Below the pieces are notes generated by a model. It was not told the origin of the DNA, did not search any database, and saw nothing but the letters and a program-made list of their open reading frames with translations. Shown piece after piece: positions 48,178-57,051 of a DNA stretch of 64,000 nt. A program made the position numbers and the translations under genes. How positions within the stretch are numbered: position 1 is the stretch's first letter; each line of letters starts with the position of its first letter. The stretch covers positions 3,255 through 67,254 of the forward strand of contig JAWKKV010000013.1 of NCBI GenBank assembly GCA_041393015.1. The letters run 5' to 3'. The DNA comes from Chitinophagales bacterium. Its GTDB lineage: Bacteria > Bacteroidota > Bacteroidia > Chitinophagales > JADIYW01.

Positions 48178-51100
48178 ATGAAAAAACTTATATTATTATC
48201 AACGATGGTGTTGATTCAAATGACCATCTATGCTCAAAAAACTTACGTTTATTTTCAAAATAGCACCTCTTTAGATTTTAGTGTTTCTAGCACACAAACC
48301 GGCACACATACTATGGAATCAAGCGAGTGGTGGTCAAGCACTACTACCATTAATGCTTGGCAAAATGAAACCAATGTTCTTTGGACCAACAGAGATGCAG
48401 GTATTCATTGGGGAGATGATTTTTATTTAACAACCACATTAACCAGTGGATCAACCTCTATCGATCTAAAATTAAAATTACAGGGTGATTTTATTGGTAG
48501 TACCATTTGGTGTGCTGCTGCAGGGCCGGGTTTTAGTCATGGATGGTCGAGTGATAATAATTTTCATTCTCAAATATTTTCTATTAGTGGAAAGCAATAT
48601 GAGATCAAATATACATTCTATTTTACCGGTGGATATGATGATATTTTATATACAATTCATGAATTTGATGCCTTTTCAGCTAATGCAGCAGAATTAAATG
48701 ATCCAAATATTATGAATGTTTTAGCGTATAATACGTATATGTTATCCGTTCCCATTGCTTTGTCAGATCAAGGTACAAGAGCGCAACACATTGATGAGGC
48801 GGTACATGATTTGGATGCCATTTTAATTCAAGAAGTATTTGATAATAGTGCAAGAGCAACTTTGTTAGCTCAATTGGCTCCTGAATATCCTTATCAAACA
48901 GATGTGGTTGATTTACCAAATATATATGAGGATGGAGGTGTAATGATTGTAAGTCGCTGGCCAATTGAATATACAGCACAAATGGTGTTTAATAATTGTT
49001 TAGATGCTGATTGTCTTTCTAACAAAGGGGTGATGTATGCTCGAATTAATAAATTGGGAAAGAAATACCATTTATTCAGTACACACCAGAATGCTCAACA
49101 AGTCGCTGGTGATGCCGCTTTTGTAAATGTGCGGAATCTACAAATGCAGCAATTCAATGCTTTTATTGATGCTCAAAATATTCCTGTTGATGAAGCAGTG
49201 ATATTTGGAGGGGATATGAACGTTGATAAACATGCAAATTTTCTGAATGAGTACAATAATATGTTTACCATTTTTAATGCTACAGAACCCACTTACATTG
49301 GTCACCCTAATACTTGGGATAAGTATGCCAATCATTATGTAGATTTAGGAAGTGTTGCACCTGAATATTTAGATTATGTATTAGCGGATAATGATTATTT
49401 AGTCCCTGATGAACAAAGCAATAGTGTTTGGGTTTTAAGATCTAATCATGACGATATGTGGAATATACATGATCTTTCTGATCATTTTGGCGTATTGGGT
49501 AGATTTGTTTATACCTATCCAGTGAATGCTTGTGATACCACTACTATTAGTATAGCTTCAAATGTTTCAGACGAAACGGCACCAAATGCAAATGATGGCA
49601 GTATTGATATAACAGTTAGTGGCGGAACTGCAGCATATTCCTATAGTTGGTCAAATGGTAGCACAACGGAAGATATTAGTGGATTAGCCCCCGGGAATTA
49701 TAGTGTTACCGTAACGGATGCGAATGGTTGTATTGAAAACACTTCAGTAAATGTAGCTGCCGGAGTTGATCCATGTGCGACAACAACTATTTCGATTTCT
49801 AGTACGACTATTGATGAAAGTGGTGTTGGGGCAAATGATGGAAGTATTGATATTACTGTAAGTGGTGGAGCGGCGGCTTATTCATATAATTGGTCGAATG
49901 GAAGCACCACAGAAGATATTTCGGGATTAACTGCTGGTGTATATGATGTAACCGTTACTGATGCGAATGGCTGCCTTGAAACAGCTTCGGTAACCATCTC
50001 TACAGTTCCAAGTTGTAATCCTGCTACAACTAATTTTTCTTCAAGCACTTTAACACATAGTGGAAATGGTTCATCATCCGTTACTGCAAGTTTCGATGCA
50101 GGAAGTCAAGATGTTTCTTTTAATATCTTGGAAATAGATCAAAAATTAGGTGGAAAAACCAATAGGAGATATATTGAATTAGTAACCGTTACCTATGTTG
50201 ATGGAGCTGGTAACACACAAACTTATGGCAGTTTTAGCGGAGCAAACATGGCAACTGCTAATGTTTCAATAGCTGGAGTTGTTCAATCTATATCAATTCA
50301 ATTGGAAGATGTTTATAGTGGTAATACCAATTCTACAATGACAATTTCTTTATCAAGTATAGATTATTGTGGTGCACCAGCTTGTGCTGATGCAGATAAC
50401 GATGGAGTTTGTGATATAGATGATGTTTGTCCCGGATTTGATGATACACTTATAGGAACAGCTTGTAATGATGGTGATGATTGCACAGAAAATGATGTGT
50501 ACACTTCAAATTGTAATTGTGTAGGAACTTATACAGACTCAGATAGTGATGGTGTTTGTGATGCCAATGATGTTTGCCCTGGCGGAGATGATCTTGTTGA
50601 TGCAAATAACAACGGTATTCCTGATTTTTGTGATAGTGGAAACTGTACAACTGTAACCAATCCTTTCAACAATAATCCATTAACACACTCTGGTAATGGA
50701 TCAAATTCAACTACACTTAATCTCCCTAATGGTAGTATCGATGTGGAATTTATAGTTAGCAATATTGGCGCAGTATTAAGTGGAAAAGGGAATAAGCGTT
50801 ACATTGAAAGTGTTACAATAACGTATGTTGATGGAGGCGGTAATACACAACCTTACGGAACATTTGAGAATGCCGGAACAGTTAATGTGACTATTGCTGG
50901 AGCAGTTCAATCTGTTACGGTTTCATTATCAGATGCTTATGATGGAAATTCATCACAATTGATGAGTGTTAATTTGAGCGATGTAACTTCTTGTAGCACG
51001 CCTTCAAGCAGAGTAGCTAAAGTTGATGCTTTAGAGAAAGAAATCTCTATATACCCTAATCCGGCATCAAGTACACTATTTATTAAATATAGCCATGTAG

Positions 51101-51279
51101 AAGAAGGTATTGCTATAGTAAATATTTACGCTTTAAATGGACAACAGGTTTATAGTAAGTCAATTGATCTTCAAGAAAATATGCAAATCGATGTTTCAGA
51201 TTTAGAAGGAGGCATTTATGTTATTCAGATTACAAATGAAAATGGAGATATGCAGGCGCTTAAGTTTGTCAAACAATAA
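48178..51279 (+). CDS. T9SS-secreted multidomain protein with a sphingomyelinase C-like EEP domain
   Basis: 1033 aa with a signal peptide. EEP motifs: VLAYNTYML, ILIQEVFD, GGDMNVD, LSDHFGV. Two SprB-type repeats (NANDGSIDITVSGG..YSWSNGSTTEDISGL..Y.VTVTDANGC). Asp-rich DxDxDGVCDxxDVCPG repeats. C-terminal sorting-domain signature (IYPNPASSTLFI..GIYVIQI). Confidence 0.8.
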   Translation: MKKLILLSTMVLIQMTIYAQKTYVYFQNSTSLDFSVSSTQTGTHTMESSEWWSSTTTINAWQNETNVLWTNRDAGIHWGDDFYLTTTLTSGSTSIDLKLKLQGDFIGSTIWCAAAGPGFSHGWSSDNNFHSQIFSISGKQYEIKYTFYFTGGYDDILYTIHEFDAFSANAAELNDPNIMNVLAYNTYMLSVPIALSDQGTRAQHIDEAVHDLDAILIQEVFDNSARATLLAQLAPEYPYQTDVVDLPNIYEDGGVMIVSRWPIEYTAQMVFNNCLDADCLSNKGVMYARINKLGKKYHLFSTHQNAQQVAGDAAFVNVRNLQMQQFNAFIDAQNIPVDEAVIFGGDMNVDKHANFLNEYNNMFTIFNATEPTYIGHPNTWDKYANHYVDLGSVAPEYLDYVLADNDYLVPDEQSNSVWVLRSNHDDMWNIHDLSDHFGVLGRFVYTYPVNACDTTTISIASNVSDETAPNANDGSIDITVSGGTAAYSYSWSNGSTTEDISGLAPGNYSVTVTDANGCIENTSVNVAAGVDPCATTTISISSTTIDESGVGANDGSIDITVSGGAAAYSYNWSNGSTTEDISGLTAGVYDVTVTDANGCLETASVTISTVPSCNPATTNFSSSTLTHSGNGSSSVTASFDAGSQDVSFNILEIDQKLGGKTNRRYIELVTVTYVDGAGNTQTYGSFSGANMATANVSIAGVVQSISIQLEDVYSGNTNSTMTISLSSIDYCGAPACADADNDGVCDIDDVCPGFDDTLIGTACNDGDDCTENDVYTSNCNCVGTYTDSDSDGVCDANDVCPGGDDLVDANNNGIPDFCDSGNCTTVTNPFNNNPLTHSGNGSNSTTLNLPNGSIDVEFIVSNIGAVLSGKGNKRYIESVTITYVDGGGNTQPYGTFENAGTVNVTIAGAVQSVTVSLSDAYDGNSSQLMSVNLSDVTSCSTPSSRVAKVDALEKEISIYPNPASSTLFIKYSHVEEGIAIVNIYALNGQQVYSKSIDLQENMQIDVSDLEGGIYVIQITNENGDMQALKFVKQ

Positions 51280-51314
51280 CAGTAAGGAGCTTAAACGAAG
51301 CAGCACTTAAATTT

Positions 51315-51351
51315 AAAATCCCATTCTAGACTAAATCTAGAATGGGATTTT
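51315..51351. terminator. strong bidirectional intrinsic terminator
   Basis: 16-bp perfect stem AAAATCCCATTCTAGA / TCTAGAATGGGATTTT with a 5-nt loop, between convergent genes. Confidence 0.85.
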
Positions 51352-51374
51352 TCTTTATAATATGAGTTGTCACT

Positions 51375-52007
51375 TTATAACTGCCCAGTCCATAATCCCA
51401 ATAAAACTTGTAAACAGCCAATAAAAAATCCTAAAACGGCTCCAATCAATTCTATAAATTTGAACTCTCTTGATGTAATAGTTAAAATCAATTGTTCTAA
51501 TTTATCATCAGAAAAATTATTAATCTTCTTTTCAACCATATCCAAGATGTCAATTTTTTCCTCTAATTTATCGACGTATTTATCAATTAGTTTTGGTAGG
51601 GTAGACTCAACATCATTGGTAACCGATTTATGAATCCGTTGAATAAAACCTTCAGGGATAACTACTTGTTGGAATTTTGTTTTGTGAAGTCGTTCCCTGA
51701 TCATGGTTTCAACATGAATAGAAACTTGTTCTGCCATTTGATGCATAGATTCCGGATCTTCCAATTTCTTTTTAATATCATCAAAAGAAAGAAGATCGCG
51801 TTGCACCACATTACCTAAATTTTTGGCCAACTTATGCTTGTTTTTAGGAAATATACCATGCAAGGTAAAAAGTCCAAAATTAATGGGTTTTTTAGGTCTG
51901 AATAATAACTTTATAGCAAGGTAATTGGTTACCCAACCGATTATTAATCCTACTACAGGAGGAAGAACCCATTGCAACCATGAAAGTGATACTGATGCTA
52001 AAATCAA
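51375..52007 (-). CDS. DUF445-family membrane protein
   Basis: 210 aa. N-terminal GWVTNYLAIKLLFRP motif typical of DUF445. Confidence 0.6.
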   Translation of the reverse strand: MILASVSLSWLQWVLPPVVGLIIGWVTNYLAIKLLFRPKKPINFGLFTLHGIFPKNKHKLAKNLGNVVQRDLLSFDDIKKKLEDPESMHQMAEQVSIHVETMIRERLHKTKFQQVVIPEGFIQRIHKSVTNDVESTLPKLIDKYVDKLEEKIDILDMVEKKINNFSDDKLEQLILTITSREFKFIELIGAVLGFFIGCLQVLLGLWTGQL

Positions 52008-52071
52008 ACTGTTATTTTTAATTAATCAATACATATCTAACTAAGAAGCAGATACAATTAGTTCACCTTAA

Positions 52072-52710
52072 TTAGGTGCGGCCCCAATTTGCAGGGTCTT
52101 GACGCCACAAATTTAATACATCTTCATGTTCCGGTAAGATATATCCGTTTTTTATCGCAACGCTAATAAGCGTTTTATAATTTGATAAAGTGAAAAATGG
52201 CACTTTACTTTTTTCAAAGTTATCATTAGCGGTTTGAAAACCATACGTAAAAAGTGCAATTAGGCCCACTACTTCGGTATTGGTTTCTCTTCTAATGGCA
52301 TCTACCGCTTGCAAACTGCTTTTCCCTGAAGAAATAAGATCTTCTATCATTACCACTCTTTGTCCATCTTCTACATGTCCTTCCACACTTTTTTGCATAC
52401 CATGTCCTTTCGGAGCACTTCTTACATATATAAATGGTTTTTGAAGTTGATCAGCTACTAATGCACCAACAGCAATACCTCCGGTCGCTACACCGGCAAT
52501 TACGTCAACCTCTTTAAACTTTTCTTCTAACGTGCTTGTTAAACTATCTCGAACAAAATTTCGTATATCAGGATAGGATAAAATTTGCCTATTATCACAG
52601 TAAACAGGCGATAACCAGCCGGAAGCCCATGTAAAAGGTTTTTGTACGCTAAGTTGAATTGCTTTTATTTGTAGTAAATATTTCGCTAGTTGTTCTGATA
52701 TTGCATCCAT
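52072..52710 (-). CDS. pyrE: orotate phosphoribosyltransferase
   Basis: PRPP-binding VVMIEDLISSGKSS. The start is trimmed to the ATG at 52710 (MDAISEQLAKYLL). The 60-codon track extension overlaps the divergent NUDIX gene. Confidence 0.85.
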   Translation of the reverse strand: MDAISEQLAKYLLQIKAIQLSVQKPFTWASGWLSPVYCDNRQILSYPDIRNFVRDSLTSTLEEKFKEVDVIAGVATGGIAVGALVADQLQKPFIYVRSAPKGHGMQKSVEGHVEDGQRVVMIEDLISSGKSSLQAVDAIRRETNTEVVGLIALFTYGFQTANDNFEKSKVPFFTLSNYKTLISVAIKNGYILPEHEDVLNLWRQDPANWGRT

Positions 52711-52723
52711 AAGTTTAAAAACT

Positions 52724-53377
52724 ATGATCCAAAAGTATAAAATTTTCATCAATGATAAATTGCTCTTTTTAGTTGATAATCCGGCTAAAGTGGAAGAAAT
52801 CCTTACATCAAAGGATCCATATATTATTAAGACGTACAAAAAGATGAAAGATTTGAAGGACTTAGTAGATGTCTTAATGAGTGATATCAACCAAAGTAGT
52901 ATGGTTATCTATCATGCTGATGTAGAAAAGTTGAAAACTGATCTTTTTTCACTGTTTGAATACATAGAGGCAGCCGGTGGAGTAGTTCAAAATGATGAAG
53001 GTAAAATACTCTTAATTTTTAGAAAAGACTTTTGGGATTTACCCAAAGGTAAAATAGAAAAAGGAGAGTCGATAGAGCAAGCGGCGGTTCGAGAAGTGAA
53101 GGAAGAAACGGGCGTTAAAAGGTTACAATTAAAAGAACCGGTACGGTTTGAAGGACTTTCTAATACCTGTACTTATCATACTTATATTCATAAAGGAAAG
53201 TCAGTAATGAAAGCATCTTATTGGTTTAAAATGTCAACCGATTATGCCGGCAGATTGGTGCCTCAACAAGAAGAAGATATTGAAGAGGTAAAATGGGTGC
53301 ATCCATCAGAAATAAAGGAATATACCAGTAACATGTATGCATCCATTAGAGATGTTATTATTAACACGAATAGTTAA
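52724..53377 (+). CDS. NUDIX hydrolase
   Basis: 217 aa. Nudix box GKIEKGESIEQAAVREVKEETGV. Confidence 0.8.
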   Translation: MIQKYKIFINDKLLFLVDNPAKVEEILTSKDPYIIKTYKKMKDLKDLVDVLMSDINQSSMVIYHADVEKLKTDLFSLFEYIEAAGGVVQNDEGKILLIFRKDFWDLPKGKIEKGESIEQAAVREVKEETGVKRLQLKEPVRFEGLSNTCTYHTYIHKGKSVMKASYWFKMSTDYAGRLVPQQEEDIEEVKWVHPSEIKEYTSNMYASIRDVIINTNS

Positions 53378-53664
53378 ATATTAACATATTTTAATAATTG
53401 TAATTCTTGCCTTTTATTCACCGAAGTTAAGAGTGAAATTCCCCAAGTTTTTTAAATATTAGTGAGTACCTAGATTTATTGTTTAGTTTTTAGATGATTG
53501 TTTAGTCTGTTTTGATGATTATAATAGATTCAAATTAGTAGTTGAATTATTTGTAATATCACCCATTAGTATGATAATCAAAATTATCTCTTAACATATT
53601 TTTACACTTCCGAATAGTTGGATGATAAAAACCCTCAAATTTTATTATCGACCAAAGTGAAAGT

Positions 53665-56600
53665 TTGAAGGAGAGAATTAATTTTTATGCATTTGCTTTT
53701 AAAAGTTTGAAACGGGGGATTTTCATTCTTTTATCAGTGCTTTTAGTTTTGGGATTAAACACCGTTAAAGCTCAAAGCTGCCAAGAGATTTATGTATCAC
53801 CATCTGGTTTTGGTCCAGGAACATCAAGTTCTCCAGCTTCCTTAACACTCGCATTAGCTACTGCCAATCCTGGTGATGTCATCAAACTCGCTATAGGAAC
53901 TTATAACATCAACGCTACTTTACCTTTAATAAGTGACGTTACATTAGAGGGTGGATTTATACCAGCAGCAGGATGGAGAAAAACAAGTTTAGCAGGAGCC
54001 ACCACCATTAATAGAACCACTGCAAGTCCCGACGGTGCTGCAAATGCGCAGCGTTTAATAGCCTTGAATGCTATTGGATTATCAGGTTTTAGATTACAAG
54101 ATTTAACCATTACTACCGCAAATGCTAATCAACCGGGTATGTCTACTTACGGCATATATCTTTCCAACTGTTCTAATTATTCAATTGTAAGATGCCAAAT
54201 TTTCCCGGGTAATCCTGCCAATGGTCTTGATGGAACAGATGGCTCTGTTGGAGGCAATGGAAGCAATGGAGGCAACGGGGTTAATGGCGTAGATAACTCT
54301 GATTTAGCAACAGTTAGAGGTGGAGTTGGAGGTTTCGGCTGTGGAGGTGCCTCTGGTGCATCACAATGTGTTAATACTCCTCAAAGTGTTGGATGTAACG
54401 GTTTTACGGGTTCAACAGCTACCTTATTTTCTAGAGGTGGCGGAGGCGGAAATGGTGGCGGTGGCGGACATGAAGATAGAAATGGTGGAAGAGGTGGTTA
54501 TGGTGGTGGAGTAGTTGCCGGTGGCGGATTTAGTGCAATAGGATTTAATACTACTCAGGGCACTGGCTTCGGTTGTCGTCCATCAGGTAATTGGTTCGGA
54601 AATGAAAGCGGTTGTAATAGTGGTAACGTAAATTCAAACTCAAGTGAATCTGGCATGTGTGGCAGAAATGGAAATAACGGAGCACCCGGAGCTACTGGGG
54701 CATTAGGACCATTAGGCACACATGTAGGCGGATACTTTCTTCCTGGTGGACCGGGCGCTACAGGTTCAACCGGTCAAGGTGGCCAAGGAGGTTCCGGTGG
54801 TGGTGGTGGAGCCGGAGAAGGTGGCTTTACTTGTACTGATGGTACGGGTGCTGGCGGCGGCGGTGGTGGCGGCGGCGGCTGCGGTGGCACTGGCGGTACT
54901 GGCGGTCGTGGCGGAGGAGGTTCTTTCGGGTTGTATGGTGTAAATAGTAGTTCAGGTACAATAATTCAATGTAATATAGTTGCTGGACCACCAGCTTTTG
55001 GTGGTACTGGTGGTACTGGTGGTTCTGGTGGTATGGGTGGAAATGGTGGAAATGGTGGCAGTAGTGGTGGTGATGTTGGTTTTGGCGGTGATGGTGGTGA
55101 TGGCGGTAACGGGGGCAATGGGGGCAATGGTGGCAATGGAAGAATTGGAACTTCTTTAAGTGTCTATGGAAGTCTACCTGCTTATTCTTCTTTTAACTTA
55201 GCAGGACAGCCAACCATTCAAGTAGATTTAAATTGTGCAAATGCTAATGTTACATATACATCAGCCGCAAGTGGTTTTTGGGATTTTGATGTTTTTAGTA
55301 ATAATGCAACGCCTGCTACAGCATCCGGGACTTCAATTACAACGGTATATGCCGATACCGGTAGATATAGTGTTTCACTTGGGGGCAATACTTATGAGGG
55401 CTTCACCAACATTTGCTGCCGACTTACTTATATTGTATATCCACAGGCTATTGAAGCTTGCGATTCCACACTCATAAATGGACAATGGTACTCAGAAACA
55501 CAAATAGTAAGAGATACATTCACAGCTAGTCAAGATTCTATTGTAATTACCGATTTAACCATTACAGAAGATTGTTCTGTCAATTCTTATTGTGAATTTC
55601 AAAAAGTAGTCGCTTCAGATGCTGCAGCTAGTGATCAATATGGCGAAGCGCTAGCTGTTTTTGGAAATAGAGCGGTCGTAAGTGCTCGCTATAACGACGT
55701 TGGAGCTTCCAATGCAGGCGTTGTTTATGTGTTAGAATACAACGGCACCAGTTGGGTAGAAACAGCTATTTTAGGGCCGTCAAGCCCCGAAGTCAATAAC
55801 TATTTTGGAATTAGTGTAGATATTACAGAAGACAGAATAATTGTAGGTGCATTGTGGGAAGATGATACACCCGGTCAAGATGAAGGAGGCGCATATATTT
55901 TTGATTATGATGGCAGTAATTGGAATGAAACAACCATTTTAAGAGCCAATACACCTGGTAATCTTGATCTTTTTGGAATTAGTGTTGCTTTATCCGGTGA
56001 TGCAGCTATTGTAGGGGCTCATTATGACGATGATCTTGGTAGTAATAGCGGAAGTGCACAAATTTTTGAATATGATGGAAACACTTGGCAATCTACGCCA
56101 ACTATTTTGGCACCAGATGGAGGCGCTTTTAATGAATTTGGAACGTCAGTTGATATTTCAGGATCTTTTGCCATAATTGGTGCCGCCAAACACAATCATA
56201 CAGGGAATCCTGGTGGAGCAGCCTATATCTATGAAAGATCTGGTGGCAGTTGGAGTTTAATTCAGGAGATAAGACCACCTGATTTAGCGGGATCTGATTA
56301 TTTTGGAAAAAGTGTTAGCATCTCTAGTGATAGAGCTATTATTGGCGCTCCATTAGTGGATGATAATGGAACCAATAGTGGAGCAGCTTATATTTATTTT
56401 TATAATGGATCTTCTTGGATAGCAGGTCAAAAAATAACAGCTTCTGATCCTGCATTAAGTGATGAGTTTGGCGATGATGTTAGTATTTCAGGAAATTATG
56501 CAGTGGTAGGGGCATATAAAAAGGCTGATCTCGGATTTCAAACAGGCGCTGCCTATATGTTTCGTTGGAATGGAAGTGTCTGGCAAGAAATAAATAAATT

Positions 56601-57051
56601 ACTTTCTTCAGATATTGCTGCTGGAGATCAATTTGGATTTGCAGTTGCTATTTCAGGAAACAATATGTTAATTGGTAGCAAAGCAAATGATGATGATGGC
56701 TCGGCTTCTGGTTCAGTATATTTCTTTGAAGCTTCTCCCGATGATATCTACTCACCACAAGCCATCGACGCTTGTGACTCTATTCAAATTAATGGGAATT
56801 GGTATTCAGAAACGCAAATTGTTAGTGATACAATATCAATTGGGACTTGCCAAGATTCTATTATCATTACAGATTTAACCATTGGCGACTGTGGAATATC
56901 AGATTTTTGTGAATACCAAAAGGTAAATGCTTCTGATCCTGTGGCCAATCAAAATTTTGGAATTGTTTCTGATATTAATGGTGATGTAGCAATTATTGGA
57001 GCAAAAGGTGATAATAATAGTGGCTCTTCAAGTGGGTCTGCTTATATATAG
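53665..57051 (+). CDS. giant surface protein, segment 1: signal peptide, beta-helix-like N-domain, Gly-rich region, FG-GAP-like propeller 1 and the start of propeller 2
   Basis: 1128-aa ORF in frame 1 with a TTG start and signal peptide ..ILLSVLLVLGLNTVKAQ. Seven blades per propeller carry the x[FY]G..V.I.G....VGA..DD..G..SG.AY.F.Y.G..W motif. It ends at a TAG inside a (TA)4 run. Confidence 0.75.
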   Translation: MKERINFYAFAFKSLKRGIFILLSVLLVLGLNTVKAQSCQEIYVSPSGFGPGTSSSPASLTLALATANPGDVIKLAIGTYNINATLPLISDVTLEGGFIPAAGWRKTSLAGATTINRTTASPDGAANAQRLIALNAIGLSGFRLQDLTITTANANQPGMSTYGIYLSNCSNYSIVRCQIFPGNPANGLDGTDGSVGGNGSNGGNGVNGVDNSDLATVRGGVGGFGCGGASGASQCVNTPQSVGCNGFTGSTATLFSRGGGGGNGGGGGHEDRNGGRGGYGGGVVAGGGFSAIGFNTTQGTGFGCRPSGNWFGNESGCNSGNVNSNSSESGMCGRNGNNGAPGATGALGPLGTHVGGYFLPGGPGATGSTGQGGQGGSGGGGGAGEGGFTCTDGTGAGGGGGGGGGCGGTGGTGGRGGGGSFGLYGVNSSSGTIIQCNIVAGPPAFGGTGGTGGSGGMGGNGGNGGSSGGDVGFGGDGGDGGNGGNGGNGGNGRIGTSLSVYGSLPAYSSFNLAGQPTIQVDLNCANANVTYTSAASGFWDFDVFSNNATPATASGTSITTVYADTGRYSVSLGGNTYEGFTNICCRLTYIVYPQAIEACDSTLINGQWYSETQIVRDTFTASQDSIVITDLTITEDCSVNSYCEFQKVVASDAAASDQYGEALAVFGNRAVVSARYNDVGASNAGVVYVLEYNGTSWVETAILGPSSPEVNNYFGISVDITEDRIIVGALWEDDTPGQDEGGAYIFDYDGSNWNETTILRANTPGNLDLFGISVALSGDAAIVGAHYDDDLGSNSGSAQIFEYDGNTWQSTPTILAPDGGAFNEFGTSVDISGSFAIIGAAKHNHTGNPGGAAYIYERSGGSWSLIQEIRPPDLAGSDYFGKSVSISSDRAIIGAPLVDDNGTNSGAAYIYFYNGSSWIAGQKITASDPALSDEFGDDVSISGNYAVVGAYKKADLGFQTGAAYMFRWNGSVWQEINKLLSSDIAAGDQFGFAVAISGNNMLIGSKANDDDGSASGSVYFFEASPDDIYSPQAIDACDSIQINGNWYSETQIVSDTISIGTCQDSIIITDLTIGDCGISDFCEYQKVNASDPVANQNFGIVSDINGDVAIIGAKGDNNSGSSSGSAYI
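54220..55140 (+). other. glycine-rich low-complexity coding region forming a local GC island
   Basis: GGNGSNGGNG.., GGGGGNGGGGG and GGTGGTGGSGGMGGNGGNGG runs. The DNA is dominated by GGN codons (for example 54840-54925). Confidence 0.9.

Noticed and set aside
52711-52890. 60-codon N-terminal extension of pyrE in the track (272-aa version)
   Set aside because: The extension is hydrophobic junk that overlaps the divergent NUDIX gene. The PyrE homology begins at the ATG at 52710 (MDAISEQLAKYLL).
54320-54943. Two plus-strand ORFs (54320-54514, 54746-54943) with V/A/E-rich translations
   Set aside because: They are out-of-frame readings of the GGN-rich region of the giant gene. The in-frame reading is continuous with flanking domains.
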